DNA of 61,728 bases, the filler included, from Catajapyx aquilonaris (taxonomy: Eukaryota): NCBI GenBank assembly GCA_000934665.2. It is 4 parts of 4 records of this genome, joined end to end, with 100 filler letters (N's around TTAATTAATTAA, not from the genome) between each part and the next. Parts side by side here need not be neighbours in the genome. Positions count along the whole stretch, not along the records: positions 46,547 to 61,728 come from JYFJ02007569.1; 3 more parts are not named here. One strand, given 5' to 3'. The position numbers and the translations under genes are program-made. Shown in pieces: positions 48,831 through 60,261 of the stretch. Below the pieces are notes generated by a model. That model ran no database searches, was not told the origin of the DNA, and saw only the letters and a list, made by a program, of their open reading frames with translations. The first letter of the stretch is position 1. Each line of letters opens with the position of its first letter.

Positions 48831-50077
48831 CACCGACAATGGACACCAATATCTTCGTCATAATTGAAGGGCTCCATGGAAGAAGGGGGTAACTACTAAC
48901 ATTACAGCATGAATTGAGGCGTGTGGTGGAAAAACATGATAACTGACACTATTTTTTTACTCTTCGCGTTCTTCCATTTAATACAGAGCGTAACAAAGGT
49001 TTCTGGCGCAGTCAATATACAAGGGAAATTCTCAGTTTTTAACAGTTACCCTCATGGCCTCATCTTTTATGTTGATATTGTACTCCCATAATCCCCAGAA
49101 TATGCTGACCGCTGTATGATTCATTTTCCCGTCCATATAACTGGGCTCTGCTTTTGTGCTCACGTGAATGAGCGGTGTGCAATGCTAGGGTTGTCTGTCA
49201 TGAAGATTCCTTGCAAGTGCTTTGTTCTCAATGTCTGATAATTGTGGGCCAGGTATTAGACAGTGTCTGTAAGCAAGCAAGCCCGAAAAATCATGACCAG
49301 TTAATAAGAGAGTTGACCAGGAATTAGCAACTGTCACACGAGATGTACATTCAAACTCGTGGACAGTTTGGGAAGAGTTGTAGCTCAGTCTTTGGAGAGA
49401 AAAATGGTAAAATATTAAAATAAAATGAAATAAGCATGTATATGAATATGCCCAATATGAAAATTTTATTCATCACATTACATGTACAATATGGAATACA
49501 TACCTTTATAGGTTTTCGTAGCGTAAGTCTTGGCGTAAACTAAGCGCAGAAACTGGAAGGTCAGTTACATGACCTGCGACCTTATCAGTATGACAGGTGG
49601 AAGCCATCGGAAAAAATGAACTTAACAATGTCATATTATTTAAGAGATCCGTATGCGTGGAACAAGAAAACTACATGTGATACATAATGTGTGATACATA
49701 ATACAGAATATTCCGTTTATTTATCTCGCTCATAACTGTCATGTAAATATGCAATTAAAAATGCAACATTAGATCAAAGAAGTATTCGTGGAAGGGAATA
49801 GAAAACAGTTGTCCCTGATTACAATTAGGAGAGGTGGGTGATTGTCATTATAATAATAATAATAATCTATATTGGGATATATCTTTATTTGCTTTCAGTG
49901 TACTTACTGTCATTACAAGATGATTAAGAGTGAAATCACATGTACACAAATTCATCAGCTTCTCCCATAATTATTTTAATGCTTTAATTATTTTATTTAC
50001 ATTTTTATACGGTATTGATCACATATATTTTCACATATGAGTGGTCCAAGCTCCAAAATTCGATTGTTTTATTATTA

Positions 50078-50732
50078 CTAAGGTTCGCAGATAAATGGCA
50101 ACGCTACAGAGCAGTTCTGGTCGTTCCACATATACTGCTTGTAAATCCAAGGGTCCAAAATCATGCAGTTTTCCACCCCTACACCATTGTTGGGTTCTCC
50201 CTCATACCAGTCAAAATATTCCATCTGCATTCGTGTTGCCTCCCAAAACCAGGTATGTAGGTCGTGGCCATTGTTGTATGCACCGGTCCAGAAGCTGTCG
50301 TAATAGTTATCTGTAATGGATAGCAAATATTTTGATGGCAGCATGACTGGTCTATAATACAATATACGCCGTGCACAGTGGAAAGTCTTACCTCTCAGAT
50401 GCTGCTGAATGAATTTGTTTTCATTAACACAGTCTATGGTGACCAGCTTTCCACCCTTGATCCTGCAGTACTCCTGAGCCTGCCACCAATTCAACCTCGG
50501 ATCAGTTGTGAAGAGATAGCATCCATTCCCCAGGTTCATGTAGGGGGGCTTGCAGGATACTGAAAAATGATTATGATGATTATGATGCCAGGACCTACTT
50601 CTGCGGCTTACTTCTGATGTGAGCTCCTCCGAATGTATCATGTCCCACAGCATAACGTGACTGAGCATCATTTGGAGACGCAACTGATGCCACAACCAGT
50701 GCAACCACAATCAGTCCCAGACCATTCGCCAT
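50078..50732 (-). CDS. Secreted C-type lectin paralog 1 (EPN/WND); exons 50732-50612, 50559-50392, 50310-50078
   Basis: Signal peptide; CKPPY..GCY..LNWWQAQEYC..GGKLVTI; FWTGA..W..GEPNN..ENC..WNDQNC..FICE; GT-AG introns in phase. Confidence 0.92.
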
Positions 50733-50739
50733 GGTTTCC

Positions 50740-51260
50740 GATAAACAGGTCTTCTGCCTTCTCCCTGCTGACAGAAACTCACTCAGCTACATTGAAACAT
50801 GAAGGCCCAATCAACCTGGAAATTTTCTTAAAGGCTTGGTGATTTCACCTGATAAGAACTAAATGGGGAAAATGGTTACATTAAATTTACCTACAATTTG
50901 TATATTAATATTATTGGTCATGGCAATTCACAATTGGATTGAAATAGTGTAATCTTGAGATCAACTTACTAGTTACTCACCGGAATATGACTTGCCAATA
51001 TTAGGAGAGATATACCTCAGGTGATCTGACTTGAGGATAAGCCAACACTAACAGTGTCTGTGGATATCAGGTGTTATTTATTTCCAACGTGCCTTATGCA
51101 GATTGATTAGAAACATTGTTATTGCAGCAACACTGACGCATCATATCTCATTCTTGGCAGATTATGTAAGTCGGTTATGCATTACTCTGTGCAGCAGCTG
51201 ATGATGCAAGGCATGTGCAGTAATAATGCCTGGTGTCAATATTACTAAGATGATAGACAG
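50740..51260 (-). promoter_or_regulatory. Repeated lectin upstream module (copies ~46650-47175, 50740-51260, 52100-52590; inverted ~57220-57580, 57950-58320)
   Basis: Shared blocks GCCAATATTAGGAGAGATAT, GATAAGCCAACACT and ATTTATTTCCAAC lie immediately 5' of the lectin ATGs. Confidence 0.6.
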
Positions 51261-51413
51261 TGCATTCAGGACACCAATTCAGTAGCTTCTGTAATAATCA
51301 TTTTAATGCTTTCATTTAGTAGGCCTACATTTTTTTACACAGGATTTATTGCCCTTGAAATGGTAACATATGCTGCGTGGTCCGAGGTCCAAAATTCCAA
51401 TGGTTTATCATTA

Positions 51414-52083
51414 CTAAGGTTCGCAGATAAATGCAAACTCCACATTGCAGGACCAGTCGTGACACTGATACTCGTTGGCCTTAGTCCACTCACTACTAGC
51501 AATGTCCTTAGCCATGCAATTTTCATTCCCTCTTTGATTATCGGGTTGTCCCACCGCCCAGTACTCATAAGCCATCTGCATTCGGGTTGCCTCCCAAAAC
51601 CAGGTTCCTTCGTGACCCGTGTCGTAGGCACCGGTCCAGAAGTTTTCGTTATAGGTGTCTGTACAAGTTCACAAATATTTTGATTACAGCAGGCTTTCTC
51701 AATACTTGAGCTGTATAAGGTGGTAGACCAAGGCAAGAGCCTTACCGTTCAGATGCTGCTGAATGAATTTGTTTTCATTAACACAATCTATGGTGACCAG
51801 CTTTCCACCCTTGACCCTGCATGACTCCTGAGCCTGCCACCAGTTCAGCTTCTCATTATTTATGAATAGGTAGCATCCATTCCCCAAGTTCATGTAGGGG
51901 CGCCTGCTTGGTACTGAAAAAATGATTATGATTAATATCATTATGCCAAGATCTACTCCTGTGGCAACTTACTCCAGATGGGAGCTCCTCCGAATGGATC
52001 ATGTCCCACTTCACGACGTGACTTGAAGACGCAACTGATGCCACGATCAGTGTCGCAACAATAAGTCCCAGTATCTTCGCCAT
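51414..52083 (-). pseudogene. C-type lectin paralog 2 (QPD type), apparently frameshifted
   Basis: Exon 1 is 111 nt versus 118/121 nt in paralogs, so it is out of phase with exon 2. First Cys changed to Ser. Exon 3 has GQPDN and CHD in place of WND. Confidence 0.72.
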
Positions 52084-53025
52084 TGTTGTCCAAGAACAAT
52101 ATGTGTTTCTTCCCTAGGAGCAATTACTCAGCTACATTGAAACATAAATGAGCGATGGGTAAATCCTTGATATAGTTTAAAAAATTTCTTTGTCCTATCT
52201 TATGCAATAAATGGTAACGACAAGAGCATGAACTAATGGGTAGAATAAAATAATGTACTGCACAATCGAGACCAACTTACAAGTTACTAACTGGGATATG
52301 ACGTGCCAATATTAGGAGAGATATTCCGCCAGTGATCTGACTTGCTGATAAGCCAACACTGACAGCGCCTGTGGAAATCAGGAGCCATTTATTTCCAACG
52401 TGCCTTATGCATATTGATCAGAAGCATTGTTATTGCAATCACCTTGATGAAATATATCTTATTCTTGCCACATTATGTAACTCTGTTGCGCGCATATTTT
52501 CTCTGCAGCAGTTGATTATGTAAGGCATTAGAGTAATAATACCTGCCGTCAATATTTGTACTAGCTGTAAGTAATAAGATGATAGACAACTAAAAAGTGC
52601 TTCTTTCTCTGGCGGCAATATTTTGTAAATATTTATTTATTCTACCCCCTGATAGGCCTCCTTGGACCTTTTTGGGGGGTGGCACACCTTTTCTTCCCTT
52701 TTCCTATGTATATATACAGGGTGTTTCAACTTTTTTGTGTCAAATGCGGAAAGTTACACGTAGCTGCTACTTTCTAAGCAGTGACCGGCAAACGGTGATT
52801 TTTTGTCGGAGGAATGGGGAATGGGGAAAATGATGGTTACACATCCCATGGAATGGATCCGCAGCATTTCCTCTTATCAGACAGCACACCACATCCTTCC
52901 TGTAGTAGGTAGATAAAGTGCATGCGATATCAAACCCAGTGTTTCTTTGCAGTTCTTTCTCCATATCTGCACGACTAAGCAGCAATATCTTGACCTTTTA
53001 ACTGTACCCTGGAACATTGAAGATC

Positions 53026-53635
53026 ATGGCAGGAGAGGACAGGAGTGTGCCTGATCTCAATTCAGCTGCCAAAATGGGATCCCTGACCATCGTGAAGACA
53101 CTGCTTGCCCGAGGCGACGATGTGAATTCCCGTAGTCGAAATGGAGTCACACCGTTGATTGTTGCTGCTCGTCATGGATGGGTGCAAGTGTGTGAAGTGC
53201 TTGTCCAACATGGGGCTTTGGTCAACATTGCTGAGTTCAAAGATGAGAGGACTGCTCTGCATGGAGCGGTCCAACATAATCATCTGCAGATCGGACGGAT
53301 GTTGCTGGACCATGGAGCAGATGTGAATGTGCAGACCAAGTTGGGGGAAAGTGCGCTGCACATTGCGGCAAGATTTGGGTATGTCCAGATGGCAAGACTG
53401 TTGCTAGAAAGAGGAGCGATTAGTGCAAAAAATTACAGTGCAAAGATGCCATTACAGGTTGCGATTGAAAATGATCAAGGTGAAATGGCTAACTTTCTTG
53501 TGGATTCAATGAACGATATTCATGTGGCTGTTGCTTGTGGTAATGCGACAGATTTGGTGTTACTTCAGGACGTGAACAAACGTAACAATTACTATGAAAC
53601 ACCTCTGATCGTAGCTTGTAAAGGAGGAGACATTG
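53026..53635 (+). CDS. Ankyrin-repeat N-terminal region (~6 repeats) of the ANK-kinase locus
   Basis: GVTPLIVAARHG, RTALHGAVQHN, ESALHIAARFG, KMPLQVAIEND, ETPLIVACKGG; the frame breaks at ~53635. Confidence 0.85.
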
Positions 53636-54187
53636 GGACATCGGCTTCAGAATGGTTTCAAACTATGCAAATATGCGAAACTCACCTTCTTTCAACAGCT
53701 AGTGTCTGGAGTTTGCTACATTCATGGAAAGGGTTTCATCCATCGTGATCTGAAACCTCATAACATCTTCTCACTGGATGGAAAAGTGCTGAAAATTGGT
53801 GATTTTGGATTGACCACCACGTTTTCAAATGAGTTGTCCAAAAGACGCTGTGACGAACGGAGATCAAACCAGACTGCACATGTAGGCACGTGGTTGTACG
53901 CATCGCCTGAACAACAAAATGGCAGCGACTACGGACCAAAATCAGATGTGTTTTCAATGGGCCTCATACTGTACGAAATGCTCTGTCCGTTCGGATCAGA
54001 TCGGGCAGAGAGGCACGAAACGTTCCAGTCTCTCAGGAATCAGGAGCCTTTTCCAGATAGGTTTCAGAAGTGGCATCCGAATGAGACGGTGCTCATCAAG
54101 TCAATGCTAAGCCCCGATGCTTCATGTCGCCCTTCAGCACCTTACATGAAGAAGCAAATGGACAAATTGCTGAAACGATTTCAAATG
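53627..54187 (+). pseudogene. eIF2-alpha-kinase-like C-lobe (PERK/PKR/HRI family), no N-lobe, +1 frame relative to the ANK ORF
   Basis: FQQLVSGVCYIH..IHRDLKPHNIF, LKIGDFGL, VGTWLYASPEQ, Y..KSDVFSMGLILYEML.PF, ERHETFQSLR, RPSA. Confidence 0.78.
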
Positions 54188-54212
54188 GCAAGTGTCTGCC
54201 ACTGTTTAATTA

Positions 54213-55443
54213 CCGTCAAGCGGGGTTACTTAAGCCACTTTTCAGTTTCAGACATCTGCCAATTCAAGAGCATTGACTTTAGAGATTAACTAATTGTTGT
54301 AAAACATGGGTCTACAGTTACGGTCGACGCATACATGGATGAAAGTTTCCTACAACATGTATGATAAAAACCAAAAAAAAAGAAGGGGTGGCTTAAGTTA
54401 CCCCCTGATAGGGGGTAACTTAAGCCAGCAGGAAGAATTCAGTGTTTCGCTTATGTTAGACGATGACACGGTAACAAAGTCCGTTCCCAGGGCGAAAATA
54501 AACATTTGCATATTGCTCCAGAAATTTATTGTTCAAAATTTCAGTTCATATAAGGGAAAGTATGGCGGCCTCTCTTTATGCTCACCGGCTGTACAGAACA
54601 AACAATATTTCTGATATGTGAACATACATTTCATCATCAACAATGCTCCCAACTAGGCAAATACTAGGGCTGTGCGATATCCAAAAAATATCGAATCGAA
54701 GTCGATATATCGAAAATCGAAAAACCGACATCGAAAACCGACATCGCAAAATATCGCAAACCGACCTCGAACCGACATCGAAAAATATCGCAAATCGACA
54801 TCGAACCGACATCGAAAAATATCGAAAACCGACATCGAACCAACATCGTAAAATATCGAAAACCGACATCGCGATATTCGATACATCGCACACGCCAAGC
54901 GTCGGATATCGCAACTTCGATATTAGGAAAATATCGTATCGACAGTCGATGTATCGAAATATCGCACAGCCCTACTCCTGACCCCCAGAAGCTAATCCCC
55001 CCACTTCCTGCCAGGCATGGAACTACGTGGCCAGGTGGCCTATGTTACCCCCTACATGACGCAACAATTAATTTTTAATTATATATTGACACCAAAATGG
55101 AAATTTAAGCTATGCAGTATACCTACCTTAAAAGGACTGTTTCAGGTTATGTTTCATCACCTTTATAGAGAATTAAATTCAAACAGAAGATGTTGGCGAT
55201 GAAAGTTACGTAGGGTATAAATTTATGATGCAATTATCCTAAACATAATTAAGACTTTACAAAGTTACCTATGACACAAACACAATATTCAAATATGCAG
55301 TCCAAAACTGCACTTAAATATGGAACTTGTGTCATAAAAAATAACATTTCAACTCAAAACAGTGTTGCCAAAATCAGTGTCCGAAATTTACGCAGCAAAA
55401 TGGCTTAAGTTACCCACCCGGCCTAAGTAACCCCGCTTGACGG
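54213..55443. mobile_element. Non-autonomous pogo/Tc1-type element, TA TSD
   Basis: TA|CCGTCAAGCGGGGTTACTTA...TAAGTAACCCCGCTTGACGG|TA; internal TGGCTTAAGTTACCC repeats and palindrome at ~54389-54427. Confidence 0.85.
54665..54974. mobile_element. Nested hAT-like MITE with internal ACCGACATCG/ATATCG repeats
   Basis: TIR TAGGGCTGTGCGATAT/ATATCGCACAGCCCTA; no clear TSD. Confidence 0.75.
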
Positions 55444-55797
55444 TAGTTAAAAAAAAATCTATTCGAAAAAATGGCCCTGTCAGTCTGTCCGTCTGTGGAC
55501 ATGTATCAGGGCCTAAACCGCATGAGAGAGCGACAAATTGTTTTCGGATTCGGATGCAGAGTGACCAAAATAGGTTCCATGATCAACTTCCTGTAACTGG
55601 TCATCAGGGTTTACTCTATCCTATAAGGTCAAGTCTACATGATTTAAAAATTATTTTTATTAAGTGACATGGCAACGAGAAATGAAACCGACAACATTCT
55701 ATGTAATTGTTGACCAATTTGAATTTATTTAGCAATGAAAAAAGTCGACTCAAATCATTTGCCAATCTTTATGTTTTGGAAATGGTTTCTTCTTCAG

Positions 55798-57082
55798 GAT
55801 GACTCGAAAGAGTTTTACGACGCTTGCACACTGGGTAAACTTTCTGATGTAGAGGAGTGGGTAGTGTCGAAAGGTGTGGACATTGGAAAATCCAGGTATG
55901 AAGATGGTGTGAGCGGTACGAATCTGGCTGCCAGGATGGGACATTTGGAAGTTGTCCACTTCCTTCTGGACCATGGAGCTGTGGTGGACCAAGAAGACGG
56001 AGTGCATTGGACTCCTTTGCATTGGGCCAGCTTGTATGGTCACGAGTCTATTGTCCGTCTTCTTCTGGAGCTAGGAGCAGACCCTAGAAGAAGAGATATG
56101 TATGGAGTGAGCCCTAGTCAACTGGCCCAGAAGAAGGGTCACCACATAATTTCATGTCTTCTGGAGAAAATAAAGCAAGAACTAACCACTGCATCACTAG
56201 ATCCTAAATATGCACAGGTATGGCCAATTTGGCGTTTAAAATGCTAAAATAATTATTACATGTACTTTCAGGAGAAGAGCTTCTTACAGGCCTGTTCAGA
56301 GGGACAATTGAACAAGGTTAAAGAGATTGTGGAGGACAGATGAGGGATTGACAGCCTAGTGGCAGCCATTGATGAAAATTATCAAAGCGGACTCCACCTG
56401 GCTTCCCAGCAAGGTAGGACAGAAGTAGCTGCCTATTTGCTAGGAGAAGGATGGCCTGAAAATCAATCATGGAGACACGCCTCTTGCGTTAGCCAAAGAC
56501 AGAGGAAAATCAGAAGTCGTTAGATTTTTTGAGGTAAGCACACTGTACTGTGATCCGCAAAAAGATTGGCGCACCGATACTTATACTTCTAGTTAAGCCT
56601 CCTCAAGAGGTGCTGCCCAATACTACTGTCTGAGAGCGCCCCTTGCGGGAGGAGGCTTTGTTAGAAGTCGCGGACACCAAACGGATAGGGTGCGACAATC
56701 ATTTTGCCGTCAATAGTACATCAGTGACCAACTGACCTGACATGTTTTATTACAGTCATCTTTAGACTACATCCCGTCAGAGTCCGACCTGAAATCCATC
56801 GAATCCAGCCAATTGCGCGTTCTGTTGAATGACAACGGCATCTCCTTGGACGAACCATGTGGAACTGCAGATGTTCTGGCAGCAGTTGCTGGTCGGTGGA
56901 GAAAGAAGCAGAAGGTATCTTTTGATGCAGAAGAGAGCTGTAGGATATGCATGGTGGCACCACTCGACTCTTTTCTTCTGGAGTGCTGCCACTCTGCAAC
57001 TTGTTTTCAGTGCGGACAGAACCTGAAGATTTGTCCCGAATGCACCGAGGTTGTTGTGAGGACAGTTAGGATTTTGAAATAG
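55798..57082 (+). pseudogene. Ankyrin plus RNF34/RFFL-like SAP-RING gene (copy A); exons 55798-56217, 56272-56533, linker ~56593-56689, 56756-57082
   Basis: ANK exon (NLAARMGHLEVV, WTPLHWASLYG); in-frame TGA at 56341; ~280-nt deletion near 56468 relative to copy B; intact terminal RING exon. Confidence 0.8.
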
Positions 57083-58326
57083 TGATACATGTCAGCGGCA
57101 GAAGTTACGTTTTACTGCTTCAGCACACATTTTCTTTTTCAGCAACAGAATTATGCAATGTGCCAGAACAGACAGTATAGACTACACTTCTAAAACCATT
57201 TGGTGATATTATACTGTACCTGTCTGCCTATCATCTTGCTGGTTAGTGGGCTATTATTGACACCAGGCATTATTACTGCACATGCCTTGCTACCTCAGCT
57301 GCTGCAGAGAGAAATGAACAACCGACTTACATAATCTGCTGCCAAGAATAACATCAGCAATTACATCTGCAATAATAATCAATTTTCATGAGGCATGTTG
57401 GAAATAAATGGCACCTGATATCCACAGACACTATTAGTGTTGGCTTATCCGCAGGTCAGATCACATGAGAAATATCTCTCCTAATATTGGCAAGTCATAT
57501 CTCGGTGAGGAACTGCAGTAAGTTGATCTCAATATTACACTATTTCAATCCATTTGTGAATTGCCATGACCAATATTATGTTCCATATTCTACATGTAAT
57601 GTGATGAATAAAATTTTCATATTGGGCATATTCATATACGTGCTTATTTTATTTTATTTTTATCTTTTCTCACCTATTGACCTCTGCTATTTGATAATAT
57701 TCTTATACGTAGTGCTGGTGTCTGTCGGTCTAAGCACTTGTGTCAAATGGTAAAAGTGGGAATATGATGGATGACATAACAGCCGATCTGTAATAGGAAA
57801 TTGCAGATGTTCTGCACATATTTTTCTCTTACAGTATATCAACAGAATTACGCAATTTGCTTTATGGCCTCCAGAACAGGCAGTACTTCTCAAAACCGTT
57901 TAGTGATATGAGTATCTGGCCATCATCTTGTTGCTTAGCAGAATTGACAGTTTCAGGCATTATTACTGCATATGCTTTGCACCCTCAGCTGCTGGAATGA
58001 GAAATACACAATCGACTTACATATAATCTGCCAAGAATAAGATATGATGCGTCAGGGTTGCTGCAATAACAATGCTTCTAATCAATATGCATAAGGCACG
58101 TTGGAAATAAATGTCTCCTTATTTCCACAGAAGCTGTCAGTGTTGGCTTATCCTCAAGTCAGAGCACTGGAGGAATATCTCTCCTAATATTGCCAAGTCA
58201 TAATTATCTCGTTGGGTAACTTGTGAGTTGGTCTCGATTTTACACTATTTCAACCTCCTTGTACGGGTTTAAAAAACATACTTGTGAGTTTTTCGCCCAT
58301 AGGGAACAGACCTTTTGTTCACCGTC

Positions 58327-58993
58327 ATGGCGAATGTTCTGGGACTGATTGTTGTTACACTTGTTGTGGCATCAGTGGCTTTCCCAGATGATAAGTCACG
58401 TCGTGAAGTGGGACATGATCCATTCGGAGGAGCTCACATCAGGAGTAAGTTGACACAGGAGTAGATTTTTGCATAATAATATTAATAATAATTTTTTAGT
58501 ACCATGCAGGCGCCCCTACATGAACCTGGGGAATGGATGCTACCAATTCATAAATGATGAGAAGCTGAACTGGTGGCATGCTCAAGAGTCCTGCAGGGTT
58601 AAGGGTGGAAAGCTGGTCACCATAGACTGTGTCAATGAAAATAAATTCATTCAGCAGCATCTGAGAGGTAAGACTTGCCACTGTGCATGGCGTATATTGT
58701 ATTACATACCAGTCATGCTGCAATCAAAATGCTTGTGAATTGTTGCAGATAACTACAACGAAAACTTCTGGACCGGTGCCTACGACATGGGTCACGAAGG
58801 GAACTGGTTTTGGGAGGCAACACGAATGCAGATGGATTTCAATGATTGGTTTAGGGACGAACCCAATAATTTAGGAGGCGAGGAAAATTGCATGGATCTG
58901 GAGATTGAAGGGAACAATAAAATTTTTAATTATCAATGGAACGACCATAACTGCAGCTTAGAGTTTGCATTCATCTGCGAAGCTTCGTATTGA
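58327..58993 (+). CDS. Secreted C-type lectin paralog 3 (EPN/WND); exons 58327-58444, 58500-58667, 58749-58993
   Basis: MANVLGLIVVTLVVASVA; CRRPY..GCY; FWTGA..DEPNN..ENC..WNDHNC..FICE; phases consistent. Confidence 0.92.
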
Positions 58994-60261
58994 TAAAACA
59001 AATGAAATTTTGGAGCTTGGACCACGCACAATTTCGAAGACAATCAATGCTATGTAAAAAATTATACGCTCTAGTAATATGGTAACTTGAATAAAAGCAT
59101 TCAAATAATGCTTCTGAATTTGTGTAGCCTACATGTGATGTCATTCCTAATCATCTAGTAATAACATTAAGTACACAGTGAATGAGTGAAAGCAAAATAA
59201 TAAAGATGTGCCGCAAGATGACCTCCTCTAACGTCTCCTGAAAGGCAGCAGAGTTCTTCCAGGATGCTAACATGCTCAAATATTTTCTGAAAATGACATC
59301 TTCACACACACTGTTGACTAAAATATTAACGGGCAATAAAAATGTGACACAAATTCTGGAAAAAACACAATCTAACTTAACGCTTGTGACTATAAACGTT
59401 TCAGCACAATATTTGCATGAAAGTTGCTGACATATGAGCCAGAAAATATTATTAAAATAATAGAATCTTCTGTATTATGTGTCACATTTTAAAGCAGCAG
59501 ATTAAGCACATTATTTTATGGCGGAGGTTGAGAGATGGTGTGAATAATAACGATTCCATTCCACATTTTGTATGTTAAAAGCTATCACAATTGATGGCAA
59601 TTATTGTAACACTGCTTCGCCAATTTTGGTAACTTTTTTTTTTCAAATAAAATTTTTTTCATTATTAGAGAATTGAGATATATGGGTAAGTGACGGGGGT
59701 CATTTTTGCCAACTGACACTCTCTGGGCCTTGCAAGAGCCTCTTTTTAGGGGGTTGTTCCGTATCCTCTCTCGAGCAATGTTTTGTATGAGGTGACCGCT
59801 TTTGGACAACGCTATTCCGAAAACTGTTGCAAATTGAGAATTTTTAAACAGCTTTTCAGCCTTTCATTGATTGGTTCACTCCATTGAATTCACTAAATTT
59901 TGCAGGTATAGAGTGCGGAAGTAATGCGAAGGACGTGTGTTAATATCCATTTTATTGTGTTCAGTCGTGATTAATATTAATATCACATGTTCACATGGGT
60001 CTGTGAACAAGGGGGAACTGGAGAAGAGCAAGCAAGAAAAAGGTCACTTTCTGGCAGAGATAAAACCAAGAGAAAACATGACTGTATAATAATAATTAAT
60101 GATAATCAAAACGAAGATCCAGGTTTTAGCATGGTGCAGACGTGGAAACTCACAGAGATGAATATTCAACAATGATTTTTCTGCGAAATGGATATGGCGG
60201 AAACGACAGTATTAAACTGATTTTACATAAATTTGATCGAAGACATTGCGGTTGCAATTAT

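Noticed and set aside
50078..50710. 210-aa single-exon lectin ORF
   Set aside because: Chance read-through of introns; the true signal-peptide exon is in another frame (ATG 50732).
54246..54293. Short terminal exon for the kinase
   Set aside because: It lies inside the 54213-55443 transposon, so it is not ancestral, although cryptic use is possible.
54582..54981. Repetitive ORFs or a CRISPR-like array
   Set aside because: These are irregular short internal repeats of a TIR-bounded MITE, with no repeat-spacer periodicity, in eukaryotic DNA.
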